DNA of 64,000 bases from Elusimicrobiales bacterium (GTDB lineage: Bacteria; Elusimicrobiota; Elusimicrobia; Elusimicrobiales; UBA9959), in the NCBI GenBank assembly GCA_041665305.1, contig JBAYJD010000002.1, positions 10,068 to 74,067 of the forward strand. Reading direction: 5' to 3'. Every line of letters starts with the position of its first letter. Position 1 is the first letter of the stretch. The position numbers were made by a program, and so were the translations under genes. A model generated the notes under the pieces. The model was not told the DNA's origin. It ran no database searches and saw only the letters and a program-made list of their open reading frames with translations. This document shows, piece by piece, positions 1 to 12,100 of this stretch.

Positions 1-125
1 GATCGTACAGCGTTATGGTGACTTCGGCGTTGTCCGACAGCGTGTAAGCTATAGCCGTCTTGCCTTCCGCCCCGCCTTTTCTCGGGTCGAACGGATTGGG
101 ATAGTTGCGCACATTCGTAAGCACG
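1..125 (-). other. Start of an NYPNPF-type C-terminal beta-sandwich (T9SS type-A CTD or FlgD Ig-like pattern), truncated by the window edge
   Basis: VLTNVRNYPNPFDPRKGGAEGKTAIAYTLSDNAEVTITLYD runs to coordinate 2; NYPNPF is encoded at 89-106. It matches the widely seen consensus NYPNPF(N/D)P...T.I.Y.L.....V.(L/I).(I/L)YD. Such domains are normally the last ~80-100 aa of a protein, so the stop is probably a few tens of codons left of the window. Confidence 0.7.
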
Positions 126-3100
126 GAGGCGAGCACTCCGGTGGTGACCGGCGCGTCAAGAACGGACCAGGCGGAGTAAACCCCGGCGTTGCTCACGGCG
201 CGAGCCCTGTAGAAGAAGAACATATCCTTGGGCCTGGCGGTTTCACCCGGGAACGCGGAGCTTCCGACAAAATACGAGGGGACCCTGGCCGGCACCAGGC
301 CCAGGGGGCGCCAGACGATATTGGCCTGCAGATCGGAGACCGCCCCGCCCCTTTCTTGGATCTCGTAGCCGGCCACGCCGGACACCTGCTGGCTGGAAGG
401 CGTCCATTTGACCTCGTAAGTGGTCTGGTCCGGAGCGCCGGCGGACACCTGCGCCTTCGGAACGCCGGGTATGGTAGGAGCGGCGGGATCGAACCTGAAG
501 ACGAACAGCGGCCTTACCGAGGAAACGACGACGGTTGAACCGGCGATCGTCACGAACCTGGCGCTGAAGATAGCGGCGTCGTCCGACACGGGTTCGCCGC
601 CCAGGGGGGAGCCCAGATGCGCTATGGGCGACGAGCCCCTCAGGCCGCGGCCCGAATCGGTATCGGAAGGCACTACTTCAAGCGTATTGGGCGAACCCGT
701 GACCCGGCGCAGGCGCATGATCTCGCTGCCCACATAGATCAGACCCGGCAGCTGGAGCTTGGAATCGTCGTCCACCGTAAGACTGACGTCGGTAACGCCT
801 ATATTTTTGGTCAGCCGCGCGCAGTTGGGCACCGGCAGCGCCAGGCCGCTTATGGAAGCCGCGGTCACCGGAGCGCCGGAAGCGAGCGGGGCAAAGGCGC
901 TGGCGCGCATCCCGGCCTTTATTCCCGACGCGGTCTCGCCTACGCGCCTCCAGGTGGCGCTAAGCGACGCGGGATCGTCATAAAACCGTCCGGCTGCGAC
1001 CTCATAGTAGCCCTGCGAGGCGGAAACCGTCGGCAGGGTCGCCTTAAGGAGCTGGCCGTTCCCCACCCAGGAGGACGGCACGAAACCCTGACCCGGGGCG
1101 GGCACGAATTTGGTGAGGTCGAGCGTATCGGTTCCAAGCAGCATCTGCCGTTCCCCGGACATATTTATCAGCACCTGGTCCGGGATCCCGTCCTGGTTCA
1201 GGTCCACTTCCAGGACCTTATTGCCGACCATGTCGCTGGACGGGACCGGGTCTCCGATAAGAGAGATCCTGTTAAGCCGCGGATCCGCCCCGGTGGAGAA
1301 GTTGTCGGGCACATGGTCCCCGTTGATATCCAGGAGAGGGGCGTCCTTGGGGCAGTTGGCCAGCCATTGCGAACCGTCCGCGCAGATCCAGCGGGTCTGG
1401 TCGGGCAGATAGTTATTGAGGGCGTCCTTGCAGATATTGTTGCGCACGAAAGCCGGATCTTTCCCGTTATTGCAGTTCACGGGGTCGATCTTGGCGAAGG
1501 CGGGATAGCCCACAGCGTTGTCGGGAATGCCGGGCCCGGCCAGCGTGATGATGACCGGCAGGGTATCGGTATCAACCGCCACCGCGGGAACGACCAGCGG
1601 CGCTATCTGCACAAGTCCCGAAGCGACGGGGGGTTGTTTTACGGAATCCGGGACCGCGCTCAGCTCCGCCAGGCCGCCGGGCCCTCTGATGTCGCCGTAA
1701 GAAGCCAGTTTAAGGCCCACGGAATGGCCTATCACCGCGTTCGAGGCGCCTATCGTGCCGAGGACGAAAATAATGCTCCTGGAAGCGTCCACGCGCAGCC
1801 GCGGCAGGCCGCCCGAAACTATGTTCACGGTGGCTATTCCCAGGCTGAAAGCTTCGCTTCCGCCGGCCTGATAAAGATGCGTCGCCTTGCCTATAAGAGT
1901 GTCGCCGGCGCTGTAAGTGCTGTTGCCGTCGGAATCCAGGTACAGGCTTACCGAGATCAGATCGCAGGCGGAAGCGTCCGCGCAGTAGCCGCTTCCCGTC
2001 TGGGTGAACCTGAAAGCGCCCAGGTCCACCGAGCCCTCGTTCGTCTGGATATCCAGCCGCATGAAGTTAACATCCCTGGAACCGGGCTCCACGGCCACCG
2101 GGGCGAGATTCACTCCGGAAACCTTAAGAATGGTCCCGCCTATCAGGACATTCACCGTCTCGAACGGCAGGGCCTGCGTCGTGGTTCCGTTGGGCAGCTG
2201 CGGGAACTGGCTTACCCCCACATTCACGCTGCCGTTGACCAGTTTCACGATCGGAGAATCCACCACTATGGCGTTCGGACCCGGGATCTTGACGCCCACG
2301 CCGTTGCCGATCATGGCCGAATCCCCTATATCATAGGCCAGGAAATAGGTCTGCTGGGAAGGGGACAAAAGCTGCGGGGTGCCCAATTCCAGCAGCCTGA
2401 CCCTGTTGTTGTCGTCCGTCTGCTCGAAGAAATCGACTTTTTCCACCACGGCGCCGGAGGAGACGGACATGGCGGGCGTGGCTGAAACCCCCAGGATGCC
2501 GCTTCTGGAGGTTACGCGCAGCGAGGCCGCGGAGGTGGAGATGGAGACATAATGCATCAGTTCGATATCGGAGAGCAGGATGTCGCCGCTGGACGGGAAG
2601 CCCGCGGTCGAGACGACCGCCAGGTCGAAAGGAACGACGGCGGCGCTTGAGACCGCGGCGGAGAGGACGGTCCTGGGACCGGAGATCGGCTGGTCGGACG
2701 CGTCCAGCACATCGTTGGAGTTCACATCGCGGAACACCCTGATGAACTTCACATCCCTGTTGCGGCCGTAAGGCTTCGTCACATCCGAGGAAGAGCCGGT
2801 CTTTTCCACCATCAGCCTGCGCCAGGTCGCCTGCGAAGTGTCGGTCTTCATATTAAAGCGCAGGACGGGGACCAGGGGCTGGCCCTGGCCCGCGGCGGGC
2901 GCGGAGGCGGAGACATCGTTGACGCCCATCGTGATCACGCTGGGGGCCTCCACTATGGTATCCAGCGTGGAATTGGCGGGGAACACCCCGGCCGCGGACA
3001 CGCCGTCGGGGATCGCGACATTGAAATAATCGGTGCCGCCCACCGACAGGCCTATGGTTTTTCCCACCTGGCCGAATTCCGAGACATCCACGGTGACATA

Positions 3101-6100
3101 AAGCACCGTGGGGTAGGAGCTTACCACCACCCCCTGGTTGAATTTCACCGTGGTGGTCCTCTTGTTGAAGAAGTCGTTGCCGGCCGACAGCAGATTCGTG
3201 TAAACGCCGGCCACCGCGCCGGTGTCGTCCTCGACGCCGTTATTGGCGGGATCCAGCCACACCTTCACATTGACGAGGTCCGAATCCACGCCCGTGCCCG
3301 TCAGGTCCAGTTTCATGGAGTCGAGTATGGCGGTGTTTTCCATGGGCTTGGTCTTAAGCTCCACCCTGAGCAGAGCGACCGTTTTTTCGTTCTGGAGGAC
3401 GGAACCGGAGCCCACATTGCTCACCGCGATGGTCAGCGTATCCGTGGTCGGCACGATCACGAAATCGGGGCCGGCCACGGGCGTGGACACCACCACGGAA
3501 TGGCCGACGCCGGCGGGGCCGGTAACAACGGAGAAGGGGCTCTGGCCGTCCAACTCCACGCCCGCCACCTCGTTAAGATTGGCGGTCCCGGGATAGGAGA
3601 AATCGGCCGTGGGGTCCACATCCAGGGTGACGAAGAAGGTGACCGGGGAAAGCAGTTTCCTGATCAGCACATAATCGCGCCCGCTCTCGCCCAGCACAAC
3701 GGTGGACAGGGAACCGGAGAAGGTCCCGGTGCCGACCTGCAGATCGGCCACAGGCTCTCCGTTGGAATCCAGGTTAAGGATGCCGTCCCCGTTCATGTCG
3801 CGGAAGATCCTGATCCTGGAGATGTCGGTGTCTTTTCCGTTGAGCGGATCCGGCCGCGTGCGCCTGAACTTTATCCGGTTGACCTGGATCTCGAAGTCGG
3901 AAGCCGACATCCTCATCACGAAGGCGCCCCTGTATTTCTGTCCCTGCCTGACCTCGGTCCCGACGATAGCGCCGGAAGAATGCGCAACGGGAATGCTGCC
4001 GATCTGCCCCCTTGAAACGCTCTGTAGGGCGTTGGCTATCACGCTGGTGTAACCTATGATCTCGTTATCGACCAGCGCGTAGCCGGAGGCCGGCATCCCG
4101 AGGGTGGAAGAAACTATCCAGGCCCCTTCCGTGCCGGGGTTCGCCGCGATATCCTGCGCCAGCCTGCAGGCCGGGTGCGCAACTCCGGCCGTGTCGGAGA
4201 ACACGGGATCCGCCGCCACGGTCAGGACCTGCGGCTTGGGAACTATGTGATGAAGCGCGGTTTCGAAGGTGAAATCAGCGGGCCTCTTGTTGGGTTCCGA
4301 GATGGAGTCTTCGAGCGGCGCATCCAGGCCGTCGTTGATCACCGGGAAACTTTGGGTCTCAAGAACGAGGCCGAAGGTCCGGGGTTCGCCGGTCACGGGG
4401 TCCGTGGGGACCGCGGTGTCGTTCATGTCCAGGGTAAGCAGATAGTCCGAACGGGCGGAGAAGATCCTCTGCACCGTAGCCGTGGAAGCCCCGAATTCAA
4501 GCTTCGCCAGCAGCAAGCCGCCCCCGGTGTTGAACGCGGCGGAGGCCACGAAAAGATCCCCGGCGTCCACCTGGTAATTATGGTTCATGTCCTTATAAAG
4601 GCCGATACCGTTGGCCTCGTCGGCCGCGAACCCGTCGCTTACGGCGGTCCCGGTGGCCCTTACTATCAGCCGGCGCCAGAGCGCGTCGGATTTTTCCACC
4701 GACATGCCGAAGGACGCCACCGCCTGCCTGGTGGCCCCCTGCATAAGCTCCAGGGCGGAGTTCACATTGGCGGGCGCGATATAGACCTGGTCGGGGAATT
4801 CCGTGATGGTTTGCAGATACGCGTTGGTGAGCGCGGGCTGGATGCCGATGTTGTGATAGTCCACGATATCCGGCCAGATGACATTGAAGTAGTCGGTGGT
4901 CCGCATTTCAAAGCCGAGCCTCACCTGCGAACCGACCGAGGCCAGGTTGGAAAGGTCATAGGCCAGGATATAGTTCTTATCGACGGTGGTGATCTCGGCG
5001 CCGGCAAGGCCCCGCGCGACTTCCCCCGTAGTGCCCCTGAGCCTGACGCGGGCCTGGCCGGAAATTTCAGTGCCGGCGGGCCAGTTCCTGGCGGTGGTAC
5101 CGTCCGCCCCGCGGACAAGACCGGTAAAGCGTTTCAACGCCTCATTATAACCGTAGTAATAGACGACTTCCTTACCGGCCTCGTCGGTCTGGTCGTCGCC
5201 CAGCACCAGCCTTCCCGGGGCGAGCGGCGGCAGATAAGGCTCTTCGGCTGGCTTCAGGAAGCCTATGCCTTTGAAAACATTAAGATCATCCACCTCAAGC
5301 CAGCCGGCCTCTCCCAAGGCGAGGCCGGTGGAAATATGCGTCTCCGGGAAGGTCTGGATCTCGCCTTCCGGCGTCACCAGTTGGTCGGTGCCCGGCTCAA
5401 GCAGGCCGTTGGCGTTGATATCATAATAGATCTTGATATCCGCGACATCCGAGGCTTTATTGTTCTTCACGCCGCCCTGGGTGGAATGGCTCCAGCGGTC
5501 CAGCTTGATCCCGGTGAGCACGCCCGCGCCGTGGTTGGTATTCAGGGTCAGCTGGGCCAGAGCGGTATCGCTGGACCCCTGCACTTTGGCCTCGGTGGCC
5601 AGATTGACCTTGGCGGTCACGCGCACGGTGTCATAGGTCGGGACCACGGCGACGAACGAGGACTGCATCACGGTGAAGCCCGGCGCCTTGCCGGTGCCGG
5701 CGACCGGGAAGATGTTGCCGGAATTCACGACGGCGGCATGGGTCTTGCCCAGGCTGGCCGAATTTGAATAATCGAAGACCACATAATAGGTCCTGGTGGA
5801 AACGCCTATGTAGCCGCAATTGGCTTTATCCACTATGTTCAGGCTGACGCTGCCTCCGGCGAAGGTGGAGGGGTTGTTCGGATCCGTGACCTCGGTGTCG
5901 TTGCCGGTCTCGAACACCCCGTTGCCGCCGGCGCTGTTCTCGCACCCTTTGGGGTTCGTGTCCATGAACAGGCGCACGGCCACGATGTCGCCGTCCGCGC
6001 CCTCGCTCCCCAGGTCGCTTATACGGTTTACGGTTATCCTGTCCAGCACGGCGTTGAACTCGTTGGTCCAGAGCGGGATCCTGAGCATACCGGCGTATTT

Positions 6101-9100
6101 CTGCCCCTGGGCCGCGACCGGCGACTGGACGCCGTCCACGAAGGCGGCGATATTGATCGAAGTGGAGCCTGACACGGTATAGATCTGGGCCGGGGCCCTC
6201 TTTACTGAGGTGGTGGAGGTCTGCATCTCGAAATTATTCACGGCCACCGCCACCTCCGCCGTTACGGAAGACACCACCACATGCTGGTTCGGCGCCTGCA
6301 GCGCCAGGCCCAGCGTCCTTTCCGTGCTCAGATCGGCCGTGGCGGAGATCCTCACGGCCAGGAAATAGTCATGGCTGGCTTCGGTCACCAGGGATTCCAC
6401 GGGGAACTTTGTATCCAGGTCCTTGATCAGCCAGTAGGTCCCGTTCCAGTCCGCTATGGTAGCCGAGCCTATAAGCACGTCCGGGTTGGTACACTTGCCC
6501 TGCAGGAAAGCCTCGGGAGGGCAGAAACTGCCGTTGGAACTGGAGTCCCAATATAGTTCCAGGCTTTGCAGGTCCGACGCTGAAAGGTCGCCTTTCTTAA
6601 TAACCCTGAGCTCTTTAAGGCGCGCCGTAAGGCCGGAACCCGCCGGCTGGGCGCGGGCGGAAAGCTTCCACATCATCACGGGATAGGTGGGGTCCACGAC
6701 TCCGGAGCCCTGGTACAAAGAGGTCATGCCCGCATAAATCGTGCCGGAAAGCGTCGTCTGTTTGGCGGCGCTGCCTTCCGGCGCCATGTCCGTGGGCTGG
6801 ATGACTATGCCGCCCACCACCACATCCGGGTCGGAATCGGCGCCGACGGCCGGCGGGTAGAAGCCGGCATGGCCCCAGAACCGGCCGGCGTCGCCGGTGT
6901 AGCCGAAGATCTTGGCCGGATCGTTATCCGCAAGGCCGGAGGTGGCGTAGTCCGTGACACTGATCTTCAGCGAAGTGGTCATCAGGTCGGAGCGGATGCC
7001 CAGCAGCGGATACACGCCCGCGTCACCGTCGGCGTCGCCCGCCGGCGAGAAAATATAAGTGGTGGTGGGCGCGGTATTGGTCGGAGGATCGTTGACGCTT
7101 ACCTCGCGGTTCATGAGCGTGGCCGACGAGGAAGAAACGCTGAAGATCACCTTGCCGGTATAATACTGGCCGTTCTGAGGGTCGCCCCGCGCGATATTGC
7201 CGAAACGGTCGCGGGCGTTGACGCCCCAGACGGCCTGGGCCCCGTCGACCGTCCTGGTGGCGAACAGGACCTGGTTGGTGTCAGTGACCTTCAACGGGTG
7301 CGCCGCGGTAAAATTATGATGGATCGAGAAATAAGCGGCCCGCGCCGGGGTTATCACGACCTCCTGCTGCGTGCCGGCCAGGTCCTTAAGGCCGGCCCGG
7401 GAGGAAAGCTTCAGGGTATCCGTTCCGGCTGTCTGGTCCCAGACATACAGCGAGATGCTGGTGTTGTTGGGGTTGATATTGGTTATATAGTCCGCAATGC
7501 TCAGGTCCGTCCAGTCGGCGCTGACCGCCAGCGGCCTTGTAGGATCCTGACCTATGACGAGCCGCTGCTTCTCGCCGGAGAATTTAAGCCCGGAAGTGAA
7601 CGTGCAGCTGGTGGCCGCGCTCGTGGAAGCGACATTGTCGTACACATCCCTGAGCTGGACCGTGACCTGGGTCGGGATCTCCACCCTTGTATCGTCCGAG
7701 GGATCCTGCGGCGTGCCGTTGTTCCCTGTGACGGCATACTGGATAGTGCTCCCCGCTATAAGCCTGCGCACGGGGGTGAGGAAGGTGACATGGTCCGGAT
7801 CGTTGGCGTTGACGGTATAGGGCTGTTCCACCATGTTCAGGCCGCCCATGGCGGGCACGGTGACGGTGGAGACCTTGGCCAGCGTATCGTTAAGGTAGAA
7901 GTTGACCGTGGACTCGCCGCCGCGCAGCCTAAGATAAGAGGAAGCCGGATTGCCGGCGGGGACCGAGGTGTCCAGCGGGGAGGCGAAGATCACGGTGCCG
8001 GTGGAATTGGACTGGACATCGAAGATTCTGTCCACTCCGGCGGGTTGCGGACTGGCGTTGCCGAACTTATCCTGCACCTGCAGCATGAACGCCTGGGAAG
8101 TGACCCCGGCGGTGAGCGTCCTTAAGGTATTTACCAGAGACAACCTGCCGCCCAGGGAATTGGCCCTGGCTATCACTTCCTCCGACTGGGTCGCCGCGGT
8201 CCAGATGGGCACGGCCGGGACCTCGGCCTTGATCGTGGGCATAGAGGCGGAGGAAGCGCCGTAATCATAGGAAGCGCGGGTGTCCAGGTAATAGAAGGTC
8301 GTGTAATACTGTCCCAGGGGGATGGTGATCGCGCCGGTGGAATCGGCGAAAGCGGGAGGATCGTCGGAAGCCACGGCGGAGGTCTGCGAGAAACCATAAG
8401 CGTCGAAATAACCGCTGGGGGTCCTCGAAGAGGAGAAGACCACGGTCACCGGCATCGTGGAAGGCGTCGGGTTCTCGAACGAATCCCTCAACTGCACTTC
8501 CAGCAGGTTAGCCAGGCCGAACACGGGGTCCAGAGGTTCGCCGGCCTTAAAGACTTTTTTCGCGTTGTCGAAACTCAGGTGATCCGTGGGCTTGGGGTCC
8601 ACCCTAAGGGCGTGGACGGCATTGGCCACGGCGGGGCTGGAGAAGAGATTACCGGCGGTTACCGTCCAGGTGGAGCCTCTGCCGTCGGTAAGCGGAACGG
8701 AAGCCATGGAGTCCTTGTAGAAGAAGGAAACCGTGGTGGAATTCGGCGACGGGCAGAGCATGGCGTCCGGCAGGATACAACCGTCGGGAATGGAGACGGT
8801 GGTGCGGAAACTGTTGTTGCCGGCGTCCCGGAAACCGTAATTCCAGGGGGGCTGGGCGGGATTCGTGGTGGTGGCCAGCGCGAAATTGGAAAGAGAATGG
8901 ACGGTAACTTCGGCCCCCGGGATGCCGAGATTGAGGTTCGTAAGCCCGACCACCACCGGATTGCCGAAGTCGTCAAGCCGCTGCACCGTATAGGCGGCCA
9001 GGTTTCCGGCCGTTACGGCGTTCCCGGCCGGGACCGAAGAGAACACTGCGCGTGTGGCGTCGCCGCCTATGGTGGTGAATCTGGGACTTACATTCTGCGC

Positions 9101-12100
9101 CATCGAATCGTAATTCCCGCCCGGAGCCGGAGCGGTGCCCAGCCAGACGCGCGCCGTGGTTCCCGTGGAAGCGGTGTTCACGAAATACCAGACGGCGGTG
9201 GAAACGCCAACAAAGCCGTCTGAATCGGTATAAGCCGTGGTGGAGGTTCCGACATCCGCATAACCGGCGCCGAGACGGATCACGCCGGACTGCGCCGCGG
9301 GCTGGGGGTCGACCACCGCGATATAGACCGTGGTCCCGGCCAACTTCACGGCATTATCATAGGCGTCGACCGTCTGCGCCTGGAGCCTGACCCTGCCGAG
9401 GGTGGCCGGCGGATTGGTGGTAATGCCGGCCCTCACCTCGACATCGGCGGCGTCCGGGGTATACCGCTGGCCTATAAGGTTCGTCCCGCCGCTGAGCACG
9501 CTCACCTTTTCCGCCGTGGGAGGGCCGGGATTGACGGTTATAGCCGGCCTGAGGGAATATCCCGGCGCCTCGGTGCGTTCGGTGGAAATATCCGTGGCCG
9601 GAGACACGACCCCGGTCTGCTTTATCCTCACCCAGCGCGCCGGAGGCGAGGCCTGCTTTAGTTTGAAGGCCGAGGCTATCACCATCGAGCCTTTATCCGC
9701 CGCGGAGAAGAACTGCCCGCCCGCGACCTCGGGGGTCTGGGTCGGATTGGCCGGGCTGGGGCTTTCAGCTTCCAGCTCGATCGTTGAAAGACAAAGGTTG
9801 GACCCGGTGGACAGGACATTATGATATTTATCGTGGGCCGTCACCCTCACGTCGAAGACATCTCCGGCGCCGACGGTTCTGGTCCACTGGGGAATGGGAC
9901 CCGTGGTTCCCGTGGAGGCCAGCAGGTCGTCGAATTCGAAGTGATGCAGCACGCCGGGGTGGATCTCCCATGCGGCGCTGGTCGCGGAAGAGATCGCCGC
10001 GGGAGAGACCGTGCAGGTGGCGCCGACCACATAATCGGGCATGGCGCGCCTGGGGAACACGCCGTCGCCTGACAGCGGCGAGAAGGAAACCCTGCCGGAG
10101 GACATGTCTTTGGCGGTAAGCGTTTCCGTCAGGTCTATCTCGTCCTTCGTGGTTTCCAGCTTGACCCTGGGCTGGAGGCCCGGGTCCCGCACGCGGTTGT
10201 AATAGGCGTCCACAAGGTCCACCGTCACGGAAGCATAGAGCCCTTCCGTTATGGTGAGAATGCCGGGCGTCCCTTTCTTCCCGGGAGGCGCGCCGGCCAG
10301 AGGGGCGCCGTTCTCGTCCACTTCGGCCGGTTTTCCCTCCACGGCGGTCTCGCCGGGCAGAAGGACCATAAGCCTTACCGGCGCGGACGACTCGGCAAAG
10401 AACAGCGCGCTTTGATTGGCGGCGTTCGGGGCGCCGTTGGCCCCGAAGCTGTTATCGGGGTTGGAGGCGAAGATGACATGGTCCGCGGCCCGTGTCCGAA
10501 GCGTTACGGAGAGGTCCTTGGTCCCGTCGGAATTGAAGGTCGTGGTGGCCGGCGGGGCGTCGAACTTGTCCGTGGTGGCAAGATACACGTTCCCGACGCC
10601 GCCGATGGTGTTGAAATAATTATCCACCACCCTGGTCTTCACGGTGAACGGCACGCCGGCGAAGATGGAGGGGCTCAGCGCCGTGGAAGTGGACCCGATA
10701 AGCTTGCCCCCGAAGGGATAAACGCCGTTGCCGGGGTCCGCGGTTTCCCACGGCATAAGGAGCTGGATGCCCGCCGGAGCGCTCGGGACCACGGTGAAGG
10801 TGGACGGATTCACCCCGGACGGATTGGTGGGCGGGTCGGTCTTTCTTCCGGCATCTATCGGGCCGGTACCGTCGTAGGCCGCCGTAAGATACTGGCCGGT
10901 CGCGGCGCGCCTGAGAATTATGTTCGGCACATCCACGAAGCCGGAATTGTCCATCTGGACCACATAGCCGGGATTATTGCCGAAGGTGTCGTTGGGCGCC
11001 CTTACCGTTATGTCCTCGCCCGAAATGGCGCCCGGGGTGACGTTGAAATATCTGTCGGTCACATATACCCTCACCGCGAAGCCGGCGCCTACGGTTGCGG
11101 TGCTGAGCTCCGCCGCGACCGCCTGCCTGGCCAGCGCATAGCTGGTGGCGCCCTGGTTAAGGACCTCGCCGCGGCCCAGGTGTATAAGAATGATCCTGGA
11201 GGAGGTGCCGGGCACCACGGCGAACTGCTGGGAAGAGCAGTTGGCGTTGTCGGCGGAATCCTTAAGGTCCAGCCCGTCGGGGATCTCCGCGTCGTAAGCC
11301 ATGATCTGCGCGTTGCCCACGGCGCGCGTCATGCTTACGGTGAAAGCGGCGGAACTGCCCGACACGCTCTGGGCCGGAGGGATCACCGCGTTCGGGTCCG
11401 TGGCGGCCAGGCTTATCGTATCCGCCGCGCTCCTGGCGGAGACCATGTTCCAGAAGCTGTCGGTCACCCGCACCTGCACGGTGAAATCAGCGGCGGCGGG
11501 CTGCGGAGACGGGAGGCAGCCGGCCCCGCCTTTTTTGCCTGTGGCCGTCCCGGGGTCCGTGCATTCGCCCGGCACCAGGGTCTGGATCCTGTCCTCGCTG
11601 TTAGGGACCACGGTAAAGTTGGAGGAGTCCGCTACGGCATTGGGAAGCGCGCCCGAGGTCCGGGTGACCGTAAGTTTGGCGTCGGTGATGATCGCGTCCG
11701 GCACGGCGTAATTGGAGGACCTTCTGGCCGTCCTGGGGCAGATATTGTTTATCACGGCGAACCCGTTGACCAGGGTGAACGGACCGGGCGGGTTCACATC
11801 GTTGGGGTCGCTGGTGACGGCGGTCACCACGGTATCCGGGGTCCAGTCCACGAAATTAAAGTAGTCGTCCACCGCGTAAACGCCGGCGGAATAGCAGCCT
11901 GATGTGGTGGCCGTCGCTATGAACACGGGACCGGAACGGCCCGCCGCGCCGGTATTCTTGCCGTTCACCTGAACCTCGGTCGGCAGGGTCACGACCAGCT
12001 GCGTCGGTTCGTTGGCCACGACCGTGAAGGTGGAGGATACATCCGGCAGATAGCCGTTGACCGAACCGCTTTCGGCGGCCGTGAGCGTATGTCCTGTGGC

